Shown here one piece after another: positions 21,464 through 30,699 of a DNA stretch of 64,000 nt. Source of the DNA: Vulcanimicrobiota bacterium (lineage in GTDB: Bacteria > Vulcanimicrobiota > Vulcanimicrobiia > Vulcanimicrobiales > Vulcanimicrobiaceae). The notes under the pieces are model-generated. The model had not been told where the DNA came from. It saw only the letters and a list, made by a program, of their open reading frames with translations, and made no database searches. The stretch lies in contig CAWHWQ010000001.1 in NCBI GenBank assembly GCA_963833095.1, forward strand, positions 320,001 through 384,000. Reading direction: 5' to 3'. The first letter of the stretch is position 1. The number at the start of each line of letters is the position of its first letter. A program made the position numbers and the translations under genes.

Positions 21464-24400
21464 GCCCAGCCTCGGCATGGACCGCGTCAGCGCTGAGCTT
21501 GTCGAATACCGTGTACTCCGCCGCCGTCGGACGCACGTAGCCGGTGTCGACCTCGGCATTGAGGTACGCAAGGAAGTTACGTAGCCGCGACTCGTACAAC
21601 AAAGAGCCCTCGTCGGCCTGAGGATGCACGATGTCGACGACCGAACCGATCGCTGCATTCAGCTTCGAGGCAGCCGCGCTTCCGGGTGTAACCGTTGTCC
21701 GCGCGGCGATCGCCGCATTGACCGCTCGATCGAGCTGATCGAGCGCCGCGTGGATCTTCAAGCCGAGATCGCGCCGCGCCGCCAGATCGTTCGCGCTCGC
21801 CGTGCTGCGCGGATCGAGCGCGAGCACGAGCGGTTGCGAGCTCTGCGCGCCGCCGTAATCGAGTGTGACCGTGTAATTTCCCGGCACGATCTGCGGCCCG
21901 AGCAGCGAATCCTCGAGCCCGCCGCCCGAACCCGAGGGCTCGAATCCGGTGACTTCGGTTGCATCCGGGTAGCGCAGATCCCACTGGAACACGTTCATTC
22001 CAGGCGTGACGCCGGTGAGGCGCCGGTAAGCAGCTTCTCGGTCCTCGGTGGGATGATAGCGCTCGCTCGGCGCTTGCGGCCTGCCGCGATGCCTCACGAA
22101 ATGGAGCGCGAACGAACGCACGATATTGCCCGCGCCGTCTTTGAAAGTAAGCGAGATCGGCATCTTGCCGTCGTACGAGCGCGGCACATAGAAGATCACC
22201 GTTGCGCCGAACGGCGGATTTTCGCCGTTGCCCGCGATGTTGGGCGGCCCACCGTAGGCCGAGGCACCGTACGCATGCGTGAGCCACGCGCGCTGCGGCG
22301 CATAGAGCACCGCACCGTTCGCGCTGGACGGCGTCGCCGTCGTAAGCTGTTCGAGCAGTGCGAGATTATCGAGCACCCACATCGAGCGACCGTGCGTCGC
22401 GATGACGACCTTGCCTTCGCGCGTGTCGATCGCCACATCGCGCACCTGCACGTTGGGGAGATTCAGCGTCAAGGGTTGCCAATGCGCGGCACCGTCAAAG
22501 CTCACGTAGACCGTGCTCTTGGTCGTAAGGAAGAACAGGTTCGGCGCATCGGGATCCTGGCGAACGGTGTAGAGGTACTGGTCGGACGGAAGCCCGCCAC
22601 TGCGCGACGTCCACGTCTTGCCGAAGTCCGTCGTCTTGTAGAGGTACGGATGGAAATCGTCATATTGATAGCGCGAGGCCGTCAGGTAGGCGGTGCCCTT
22701 GTCGGTGTGCGAAGGCTCGATCGAGGTGATCTCCGCCCACTGCGGCAGCGCCGGCGGGGTAATCGCGGTCCACGTCGCGCCGTGATCGGTCGTCACGTGC
22801 ACCAGGCCATCGACCGATCCCGCCCAGAGCTCATCACCGTCGAGCGGTGAGACCGCAAGCGCGGAGATATTCGGGTAGATCTCGGCGCTGGATGCATCGA
22901 TGTCGATCGGTCCACCGCTGGGCGCTTCACTCTTTTTATCGTTACGCGTGAGATCCGGACTGATCTTCTTCCACGTTTGACCCTCGTCGGTGCTGCTGAG
23001 CACAAACTGCGCGCCGACGAGCAGCTCTTTCGGGTTGACCGGTGAGAAGAGAATTGGATGCGTCCAAGCCAAGCGGTCCTCGAGTTCGCCCGAACTTGCG
23101 CCTTCGCGGTAGAGCGGGTACGGACTAACGCTGTTGTACTCATCGGTCACGGCGTTGTGCCGCATCATGATGCTGTAGTAGCCGCTACCGTAATCGACGT
23201 CGGTATTGCCGGGTTGCGGCGCGATGAACGTGCTCTCGCCCAGTGCCGTGCGCTTCCAATCGGTCGTGAGGATCGAGCCGTTCGACGACGCGCTTGGGCC
23301 CTCGAACGAGCCTTCGTCCTGCTGCGCGCCATAGACGTTGAATGGAAACGCCTCATCGAGCGCGACGTGATAGAACTGCGCGGTGAGCTGGTTGTGTTCG
23401 GTGCTCCAGGTTTGCCCGCGATCGACCGAAACGGTCGCGCCGCCGTCGTTGCCTTCGAGGATAATCTTCGGATTGTGCGGATCGATCCAGACGATGTGGT
23501 TATCCCCGTGCGGCGGACGCAAGAGGCTGAAGTTCTTTCCACCGTCGTGCGAAACGAAGAAGCGCGCGTTGGGCACATAGATCGTGTTGGGATCGGTCGG
23601 ATCGGCGTAGATCGCCATATAATAGAAGGCCCGCTGACGCATCTCCATGCTGGCGTTCACGAGCTTCCAATGGCCGCCACCGTCATCCGAGCGGAAGACG
23701 CCGCCGTCTTTTGCCTGCACGATCGCGTAGACGATCTTCGGGTCGCTCTGCGCAAGGCTCACACCGATGCGGCCGAGCACGCCGGTTGGGAAACCGGGAT
23801 TGGCGGAAATTTTCGTCCAGTGCGCGCCGCCGTCGTTCGTCTTGTAGAGACCGCTGCCCGGGCCGCCGGAGTTGAGTGAATAGGGCGTGCGATATGCCTG
23901 CCACATTGCCGCATAGAGTGTCTGCGGATGCGAGTTGTCCATCACCAAATCGATCGCACCCGTCGCGTCGTCGACGTAGAGCACCTTGCTCCAATGCGCG
24001 CCGCCGTCGATAGATTTGAAGATGCCACGCTCGGCGTTCTTTGCATATACGTGGCCCATCGACGCGGCGTAGACGACGCTGGGATTGTGCGGATCGACCA
24101 CGATCTTGGCGGTTGTGTGCGTGTCCCTGAGGCCCGTGAAGTGCCAGGTCTTGCCCGCGTCGGTGGTCTTGTAGATACCGTCGCCGCTAATGAACGTATT
24201 GCGGATGTCGGCTTCGCCCGTACCGGCGTAGATGACGTTCGGATTCGAGGGCGCTACCGCAAGCGCGCCGATGCTGTTGGATGCGTTGAGCTGGCCGTCG
24301 GTAATGTTCGTCCAGGTGAGGCCGTAGTTCGTCGAGCGCCACACGCCGCCGTCGACACCGCCAAAATAGAACGTGAACGGATTTCCGGGCACCGCATCGA

Positions 24401-24557
24401 CCGCGACGGATCGTCCGCCGATACCGGGACCGATGTTGCGCCAGCGCAGCGCGCTCATCACGGCTTGCGCCGAGGGGGCCGGCGTTTGCGCGGCAGCCGG
24501 AAACGCGAAGATCGCTAGCGACGCAGCGATCAGTGCAAAGCCCTTATATCTCCACAT
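21444..24557 (-). CDS. Secreted VPS10/BNR Asp-box beta-propeller protein (glycosyl-hydrolase-like)
   Basis: WRNIGP..GGR; many SxDGGxxW Asp-boxes; ATHGRSMWVLD. Confidence 0.9.
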   Translation of the reverse strand: MWRYKGFALIAASLAIFAFPAAAQTPAPSAQAVMSALRWRNIGPGIGGRSVAVDAVPGNPFTFYFGGVDGGVWRSTNYGLTWTNITDGQLNASNSIGALAVAPSNPNVIYAGTGEADIRNTFISGDGIYKTTDAGKTWHFTGLRDTHTTAKIVVDPHNPSVVYAASMGHVYAKNAERGIFKSIDGGAHWSKVLYVDDATGAIDLVMDNSHPQTLYAAMWQAYRTPYSLNSGGPGSGLYKTNDGGAHWTKISANPGFPTGVLGRIGVSLAQSDPKIVYAIVQAKDGGVFRSDDGGGHWKLVNASMEMRQRAFYYMAIYADPTDPNTIYVPNARFFVSHDGGKNFSLLRPPHGDNHIVWIDPHNPKIILEGNDGGATVSVDRGQTWSTEHNQLTAQFYHVALDEAFPFNVYGAQQDEGSFEGPSASSNGSILTTDWKRTALGESTFIAPQPGNTDVDYGSGYYSIMMRHNAVTDEYNSVSPYPLYREGASSGELEDRLAWTHPILFSPVNPKELLVGAQFVLSSTDEGQTWKKISPDLTRNDKKSEAPSGGPIDIDASSAEIYPNISALAVSPLDGDELWAGSVDGLVHVTTDHGATWTAITPPALPQWAEITSIEPSHTDKGTAYLTASRYQYDDFHPYLYKTTDFGKTWTSRSGGLPSDQYLYTVRQDPDAPNLFFLTTKSTVYVSFDGAAHWQPLTLNLPNVQVRDVAIDTREGKVVIATHGRSMWVLDNLALLEQLTTATPSSANGAVLYAPQRAWLTHAYGASAYGGPPNIAGNGENPPFGATVIFYVPRSYDGKMPISLTFKDGAGNIVRSFALHFVRHRGRPQAPSERYHPTEDREAAYRRLTGVTPGMNVFQWDLRYPDATEVTGFEPSGSGGGLEDSLLGPQIVPGNYTVTLDYGGAQSSQPLVLALDPRSTASANDLAARRDLGLKIHAALDQLDRAVNAAIAARTTVTPGSAAASKLNAAIGSVVDIVHPQADEGSLLYESRLRNFLAYLNAEVDTGYVRPTAAEYTVFDKLSADAVHAEAGLKAAMP

Positions 24558-24600
24558 GAGCGCAACTTTGACCGCTCACTCGCCGCCGCCTCTGCGGGGA

Positions 24601-24651
24601 GAGCGGATCGGCCGAGGATCGAACGCCAAGGGTTCAGCGAAGCTGAACCTA
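24601..24651 (-). repeat. REP-like ~50-bp palindromic repeat, family A (also at 35410 and 35510)
   Basis: Reverse complement AGGTTCAGCTTCGCTGAACCCTTGGCGTTCGATCCTCGGCCGATCCGCTC aligns with 35410-35459. Confidence 0.85.
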
Positions 24652-25453
24652 GGTTATTAAGTTGAGAAACGGCGCGATGTCAGCGCGGTCGACTTCCATG
24701 CCGACGCCCCGCGTGTGATAGCGAATATCGTGAAAGTCCATACCGGCGGTCATCACTAAGCCGTAGCGCGCGGCGGTCTCGCGAAAGATTTGGATATCTT
24801 CGCGCGTCGTGTAACGGATAGAAGACTTCCAATCCGCGCAGCCCTTGCGGTGCGAGTTCGTCGATCAGGTTGCGATCTTTGAGCCGGCCGGGATGTGCCA
24901 GAACCGCGACACCGCCGGCGGCGGAAACCCGTTCGATGGCCTCCTGCGGCGTGATGTGCAGTGAAGGAACGTAGCCCGGCATCCCGGTGCGCAACAGATA
25001 GCGGAACGCATATTCAATATCGGGGACGAGCCCTTTGGCGATAAGCGCCTTGGCCACGTGCGGACGCCCAATGGCCTTGGCGTCGGGGGCTTCGCGCAAA
25101 ACCTCGTCATAGGTGATGCCGTATCCCGCGCGCTGGAGCTGATCCACCATGCGCTGCGCCCGAACGCGCCGCGCGTCGCGATTGCGTTCGATCATTGCGA
25201 CCAGTTCAGGCGCATCAGCCGGCATGCCGTAGCCGAGCACGTGAACCTCGTTCCCGCGATAGGTCGTATTGATCTCGACGCCGGTAACCACCCGCGCACC
25301 CGGCGGCGGCGTAAACTTTCCGTACGCCGACATCGTGTCGTGATCGCTGATCGAAAAGACTTCCACCGCGCGCTCGCCCATGAAATCGGCAAGCGCCTGC
25401 GGGGTAAGCGTGCCATCGCTTTCGCTGGTATGGCTATGAAAGTCGACGATCAC
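24649..25453 (-). CDS. PHP-domain metal-dependent phosphoesterase (TrpH/YciV-like); one indel near 24800
   Basis: DFHSHTSESDG, SDHD, GVEI, GRPH, LAHP; C-terminus TAGMDFH...NLIT* in the shifted frame. Confidence 0.9.
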
Positions 25454-26244
25454 GCGATGCCGCGAAGGAAGACGCGCTTGATCTCCGTCGCGCGCCCGCT
25501 TGTCCGGTCGATGCGCACGACCGCGGCGCAGAATTGTTTGGTCCCGCTCTTCTGCACGCTGAATTTGTCGGACAACCCGGTGAGAAAGCGGTCGAGCACT
25601 GCTCCTTGCTCCATACCGATCACGCCGTCGGTTGGTCCAGTCATGCCGAGATCGGTGATGTAGGCGGTGCCGCCGGGAAGGATCTGCTCGTCGGCGGTCT
25701 GCACGTGCGTATGCGTGCCGTAGATTGCCGAGGTGCGTCCATCCAGGAAACGCCCCAGCGCGACTTTTTCCGAGGTTGCTTCGGCATGTACGTCGACGAT
25801 GATGATCGGCGTTTGCACGCGCAGTTCGTCGACCAAGGCGTCGGCGCAGCGGAACGGATCGTCGACCGTTGGCATGAAGGTGCGGCCCATCACGTTGAGG
25901 ACCCCAACGGTCACGCCGTCCGCGACGAACGTGCCATGGCCTTTGCCCGGGAGGCTGGGGGGATAGTTGGCCGGACGCAGCACACGGTCGCTCGATTCCA
26001 AGTACGTCTTGAAATCACGCTTATCGAAAATGTGATTGCCGCTGGTAATGAAATCGACGCCGGTTTCGAACAGCTCATCGGCGGTTTGCGCGGTCAAACC
26101 AAAACCGCCCGCGACGTTTTCGCCGTTGGCGATGCAGGCGTGAATCTGATACTGCTCGCGAACTCCCGCCAGGCAGCGCTTGAGCGTGTCGCGGCCGGGC
26201 GAGCCGACCACGTCACCGATCAATAGGAGATTGAGTGTGTTCAG
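25450..26244 (-). CDS. ymdB: YmdB/TIGR00282-family metallophosphoesterase, probable CTG start
   Basis: IGDVVG, NGENVAGG, SGNH, DVHAEATSEK, GTHTHVQT; GGGGAG 7 nt before CTG. Confidence 0.9.
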   Translation of the reverse strand: MNTLNLLLIGDVVGSPGRDTLKRCLAGVREQYQIHACIANGENVAGGFGLTAQTADELFETGVDFITSGNHIFDKRDFKTYLESSDRVLRPANYPPSLPGKGHGTFVADGVTVGVLNVMGRTFMPTVDDPFRCADALVDELRVQTPIIIVDVHAEATSEKVALGRFLDGRTSAIYGTHTHVQTADEQILPGGTAYITDLGMTGPTDGVIGMEQGAVLDRFLTGLSDKFSVQKSGTKQFCAAVVRIDRTSGRATEIKRVFLRGIA

Positions 26245-26451
26245 TGTGCTGCTCCCCAAGTACCGGTGCACCCGCTGGAAGCGCCGCTGGCAAGAATCGA
26301 GGCGCGAGGAGGGAGCATAACCGTAGTTCTGTGACCGACGAGCAACGAAGAGTCCTGCCAACGGCGCCTCAGCCCGAAGGGTTGCGTCATCGGCATTCCG
26401 CGAACGCCGATGAGCGCAACGGGTGTATCGCTACTTGGGGAGCAGCACACT
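26243..26451. mobile_element. 209-bp structured MITE-like element with perfect 20-bp terminal inverted repeats
   Basis: AGTGTGCTGCTCCCCAAGTA (26243-26262) / TACTTGGGGAGCAGCACACT (26432-26451); nested internal stems; no convincing ORF. Confidence 0.65.
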
Positions 26452-27001
26452 AGCGGCGAGACGAAGCCTTCGCTTTCCGTTGCGCTTTCAAGAAGTAGAC
26501 CAGCACGCGCGTCTCTTCGCGAAAACCGACCAGACTCTTGGATTGCGCTGGATCGCGTAGCGCCTCGATCGCATAGAGCGCCGCCTCGTCTTGCGCAGCA
26601 GGATCGGCGTCGAGGTGATCTTCCGGTTGCGGATTGCGAACCAGCACCTCGGGATAGCGTTCGCGCAAGAGTGCGCCGATTAGTTCCAGCTCTTCCTTCG
26701 AAAAGCTGTCCGTGTCGCGAGTCACGTGAATGAAGGTCGTCGAGCGGTCGCCTTCGCATTCGACGCGCGTCAATCGCGCTTCGTCCTTGGCGAGCATCAG
26801 GTAGCCATTGATGTGATCGTCGATCGTCTCGGCCAGCGCCGCCTGCGCGCGCTTATCCAGCCGGGCGCGCAACGCAAACGTCAGCCGGACGCTGCCCTCG
26901 GCCGGCATCGAGCGAATCGATGCCAGTTCCGGGAAGCGCACCAGCAGTGCGCACACCAAGCTGACAGTGTCAGCGTTCTCTAAGGGAAGACGGCTATTCA
27001 T
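26450..27001 (-). CDS. Conserved hypothetical protein upstream of ymdB
   Basis: DTVSLVCALLVRFPEL...LVGFREETRVLVYF; resembles proteins recalled between rny and ymdB in Firmicutes (not searched). Confidence 0.7.
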   Translation of the reverse strand: MNSRLPLENADTVSLVCALLVRFPELASIRSMPAEGSVRLTFALRARLDKRAQAALAETIDDHINGYLMLAKDEARLTRVECEGDRSTTFIHVTRDTDSFSKEELELIGALLRERYPEVLVRNPQPEDHLDADPAAQDEAALYAIEALRDPAQSKSLVGFREETRVLVYFLKAQRKAKASSRR

Positions 27002-27057
27002 GATCGGGTCCACCTGATACGACGTGGCCTCCAGGCACCCCCTGCGGTCCACGTAGA

Positions 27058-27627
27058 ATGGTAACCAATGTGAGACCCCGGCAGTTGCCCGGCCTCGCCA
27101 TCTTGGGGTTGCTTGCCTCGCTTATCGCCCACACGGCGAGCTACGGCGGCAATCACGAGCTCGGCGGCGCCTACCACTCGACGCTCGAACTCCTGGCCCT
27201 CGTGGGCGCAGGGGCCTTTGCCGCGTCGCTGGTGGCATTTGCCTGGCTTGGAGCACGGCGCCACGCCGACGGCTCGATTCTGGCCGCCGCATTGCGGCCG
27301 CTGATTCCATCGGGAGCGCCCCTGGCGGTCAGCGCCAGCCTTTGGTTTGGGCTGATCGAAAGTCTCGAGCCCGAGCATCTCTGGCATGCCTCTCTTCTGG
27401 CTGTCGCTCTTTGCTTGATTGCGGCCAGCTTGCTGGTTGCGTTCTTGGCGAGCGCGGTCGTGCGTGCCGTCGCCGCGATCGTTCTTGCGATCGCGCGCGA
27501 GCCATTTGTCCGCCGGCCGGTTTGCTATCGCCGCCGCTTCGCTCATCGCTCCTCTGCGCGCCGCGCCGTTTTCGTCTACCGGCGCTTCGCCCGGCCTCCG
27601 CCGGGCCTGATGCTACTCCCCGTTTAG
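27058..27627 (+). CDS. His-rich 4-TM membrane protein with a C-terminal RPPP motif; candidate arrest-peptide leader (start ATG 27058 or GTG 27070)
   Basis: Four hydrophobic segments; loops AHTASYGGNHELGGAYH and EPEHLWH; Arg-rich tail ending RRFARPPPGLMLLPV*. Confidence 0.7.
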   Translation: MVTNVRPRQLPGLAILGLLASLIAHTASYGGNHELGGAYHSTLELLALVGAGAFAASLVAFAWLGARRHADGSILAAALRPLIPSGAPLAVSASLWFGLIESLEPEHLWHASLLAVALCLIAASLLVAFLASAVVRAVAAIVLAIAREPFVRRPVCYRRRFAHRSSARRAVFVYRRFARPPPGLMLLPV

Positions 27628-27651
27628 CATCACTTCAGTTTCAGAGGAGTA
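27608..27651 (+). promoter_or_regulatory. Hairpin with an anti-SD sequence able to sequester the receptor RBS
   Basis: TGATGCTA(27608-15)/TAGCATCA(27625-32) stem; TACTCC(27614-19) is complementary to GGAGTA(27646-51). Confidence 0.6.
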
Positions 27652-27654
27652 CCC

Positions 27655-30079
27655 ATGTCTCGATGGATCGCGGCCGTCGATTGCCGCGTGCATATTTTTT
27701 TCCACCGCGCCTGCGCTTGCCGCTGTCACAGGCTTCGTACGCGGCGTAATCACTGAATCGGGTTCGCCGGCGGCCGGCGCATCGGTTACACTCACTGGCG
27801 AAGGGTCGCGCTTTGCTACCATGACGAACGCTCGAGGCGAGTACTCGTTCGCTGCGATTCCGTTCGGGCGTTACCAGCTCGTGGTCCATCGCGGCGGCGC
27901 GGAAGACCGCAGCGCCGAGGTCGAGGTTTCGGGCGACTCGGTTTCCACCGTCAACATCGACTTGCTCAAAACCATTGCTGTCACCGCCGTCAGCGCAAGC
28001 GCGGGCGCAAGCGGCACACCGGTTGCAGTTACCACCATCGACCGCGCACAGATCGACGATTCCCCCAATCGCGACAGCCTCAATAAGTTGATCACCACCG
28101 TGCCTGGCGCGGTCTCGTTCTCCTATAATGAGCCGGTGATCAACGGTTTCCATGGCGTGACCTACGAAATCGACGGCGCCCCGCTCCCGCTCGCGACCAC
28201 GTCAAACTTTGCCGAGATCGTGGATCCCAAAGATATCGATTCCCTGGAGATCTACACCGGTGCGATTCCCGCCGAATTCGGCGGCGACCGTATGGGTGCG
28301 GTGGTGAACATCATCACCGACCGGTTTGCCAACATCCCGGAAGGGACGTACGGGACGATTACCGGCGGCGGCGGCAATCAGGGACAAGCGTTGGGGCAGC
28401 TTGATACCGTTTCCCGCTTCGGGAACAACGAGGTTTTCCTCAATTTCAATGCATCTAGCACAAATCGCGGGATTGACGCTCCCACGTATACGCCGATTCA
28501 CGATGCCAGCTCAGCCAATGACCAGTTTCTACGCTGGGTTACGAAGCTCAACGATCGCTCGACGCTGGCCTTCGATTTTTCGAATCAATTCTCGCAGTTT
28601 CAAATCCCGATCAACACCGATCCAAACAATATCAACGATCCGATCTACGCGATTCCGGGCACCGATGACACGCAGCTGGAATACGATCGTTTCGCCAATC
28701 TTAATTTCACGCAGGTGTCGCGCGACGGCAACGGCGTCTTCCAGTTGATTCCGTGGTTCCGTTCGACCCGCGTCAACTATGACGGGGATCTCGCTGCCGA
28801 TGTCCAGGGGATGGGGCCAAACTTCGGCTGCGCAAACTATCCGGACTGCGCCTCCGACACGCCTCCCGATCCCGACTACATCAACAACGTCGGCCTCGCG
28901 CAAACCTCATACGCAAACTACCTCGGCCTGCGGGTATCGGAACTGCGTTCGAGCGACCGCCACACTTGGAAGGTCGGCCTTGACGTCAACCGTTCGAATT
29001 CAACGGGGTCGCAAACATATGCCTGTTATTACGTTGGCTGCGCGTTGCCGAGCGGCGGCGTGACGCCGCCAGTCGCGACGCCGTACTCTGCCTCGTCATC
29101 ATCGCAAGCGCAAGCCGGATCGCAGATCGGAATCTACGCCCAAGACAAGTGGCAGGCGTCGCAAAATGTCGTCTTCGACTACGGAATTCGCTATGATCAC
29201 TCGACGGGGTATACCAGCGGGTATATGATCGAACCGCGGTTCGGCGTGAACGTCTCCGACGGCGGACGCAACGTCTTCCACCTGTTCTACGGGCGCTACT
29301 ACGCGGCGCCGCTTCTTGAAGACGTGCGTCAAGCCTGCGTGATCTTTGCCGCGCAGGGCGGATGTTCAACCACTGCGCCGCCCTATGACCTCCAGCCCGA
29401 AATGGACAGCTACTACGAAATCGGGCTCCAGCATATCTTCAGCGGCAACCTTACCGGCTGGGTGAACCTCTATGAGAAGAACGTTGTCAACGTGCTCGAC
29501 ACGACGCAGCTTTTGAACACGCCGCTCTTTGCCGTCTACAACAACGCGATCGGGCACGCGCAGGGACTCGAGATCCGGCTGCAAGACCGCCAAAGTAACG
29601 GCAACAACTGGTTCTTCACCTCGACGATCTCCGAATCGCTCGCGGGTGGCATCTCGGGTTCGACGTTCCTGTTTCCGCCGGATGTGAACCAGGGGTTACC
29701 GCTCTCGTCGCCAGCGCAGCTCAGTATCGAAGATCACTCGCAGCTCGTCGACTCCACGGCGGGGTACACGGCGCACTTCGGCGGGCACCGCGCTTGGTTT
29801 GCGACGCTGCAAGCCGATTACGGAAGCGGGTTCCCCGTCCAGTTCGAAGACGCGAACGTCAACCTGAGCGGAACGCTTCCAGCGCACACGACGTTCGACT
29901 TTAGCACGGGGCGGATCGTCGGCGCCGGGGTCGGACCGGATTCCAAGGGCCTCGGCGTCACGCTCGATGTGCAGAACCTGCTCAATCACCAATACGTGAT
30001 CAAGATCGCGAACGGATTCAACACGACGCAGATCGCGAACTCGCGCACGTTTCTGCTCCGCTTTACGCAGCCGTTTTAG
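27655..30079 (+). CDS. TonB-dependent receptor with an N-terminal carboxypeptidase-regulatory-like domain (indel near 27679)
   Basis: GAGGAG RBS plus signal peptide; plug (IDGAP..., LEIYTGAIPAEFG...AVVNIIT); barrel (YAQDKW, GIRYD, NLLNHQY); terminal F. Confidence 0.9.
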
Positions 30080-30091
30080 AAAGTTGCTTAT

Positions 30092-30614
30092 ATGATTCAC
30101 CTATTCTCGCGCTTTTCGCGGTATTGCAATCGCGGCAATTGCCGCGGTCGCGATCCCCGCAAATGCAATGAACATGGGAACGGGCGTTACCTTAACGAAG
30201 GTCGCCGGGCCGTACAAACTCGTGCTCCAACTTCTGCCTGCTGAGCCGTTCTACACACAAGGCCAGTACGCCAAAGAGCACCCCAAAGATGGGATGCTCG
30301 TCGTCGGAGGCGCAACCCCGCTTGCGCTCAACGCCGCATCGCATCCCAATCATCATCTAATCGTTCACGTCTACAATGCCGCGAGCGGGAAGGCCGTCAC
30401 CGATGCAAAAGTGACGATCAGATATACGACGGTGTCGGGCGCGACTGATAGTCTTCCGGTGGTCGAAATGCAGGCGATCGGGAAGGGGCCGCAATCGACG
30501 CACTACGGGAATAATCTCAACCTTCCCGACGGTACCTGGACTGTTTCCGTCACGGCGAACGGGGCTGCGGCCACATTCACGGTGACGGCACAGGCCCCCA
30601 AGATGAAAATGTGA
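30092..30614 (+). CDS. Secreted P19/Tp34/FetP-like or YtkA-like metal-binding protein (indel in the signal-peptide region)
   Basis: HPNHHLIVH...VVEMQ...GPQSTHYGNNLNL; Met-rich termini MNMG / KMKM. Confidence 0.6.
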
Positions 30615-30618
30615 GCCC

Positions 30619-30695
30619 TTGTCATCCCGAGCGTAGCGAAGCGTAGTCGAGGGGCCAACGTTATCTCGGCCCTTCGACTACGCTCAGGGTGACAA
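30619..30695. repeat. REP-like palindromic repeat, family B, between convergent genes
   Basis: TTGTCATCCCGAGCGTAG...CTACGCTCAGGGTGACAA outer arms; inner GCGTAGTCGAGGGGCC/GGCCCTTCGACTACGC. Confidence 0.85.
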
Positions 30696-30699
30696 AGCG

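Noticed and set aside
26243..26451. Assignment as 6S RNA, SRP RNA or a riboswitch
   Set aside because: No SRP helix-8 motif or riboswitch consensus; the perfect TIRs and clean empty-site reconstruction fit an insertion better. 6S is not fully excluded without Infernal
27694..27700. T7 run as a phase-variation tract in the receptor signal peptide
   Set aside because: The reading frame appears to break earlier, near 27679; the T run reads naturally as IFFS in the main frame
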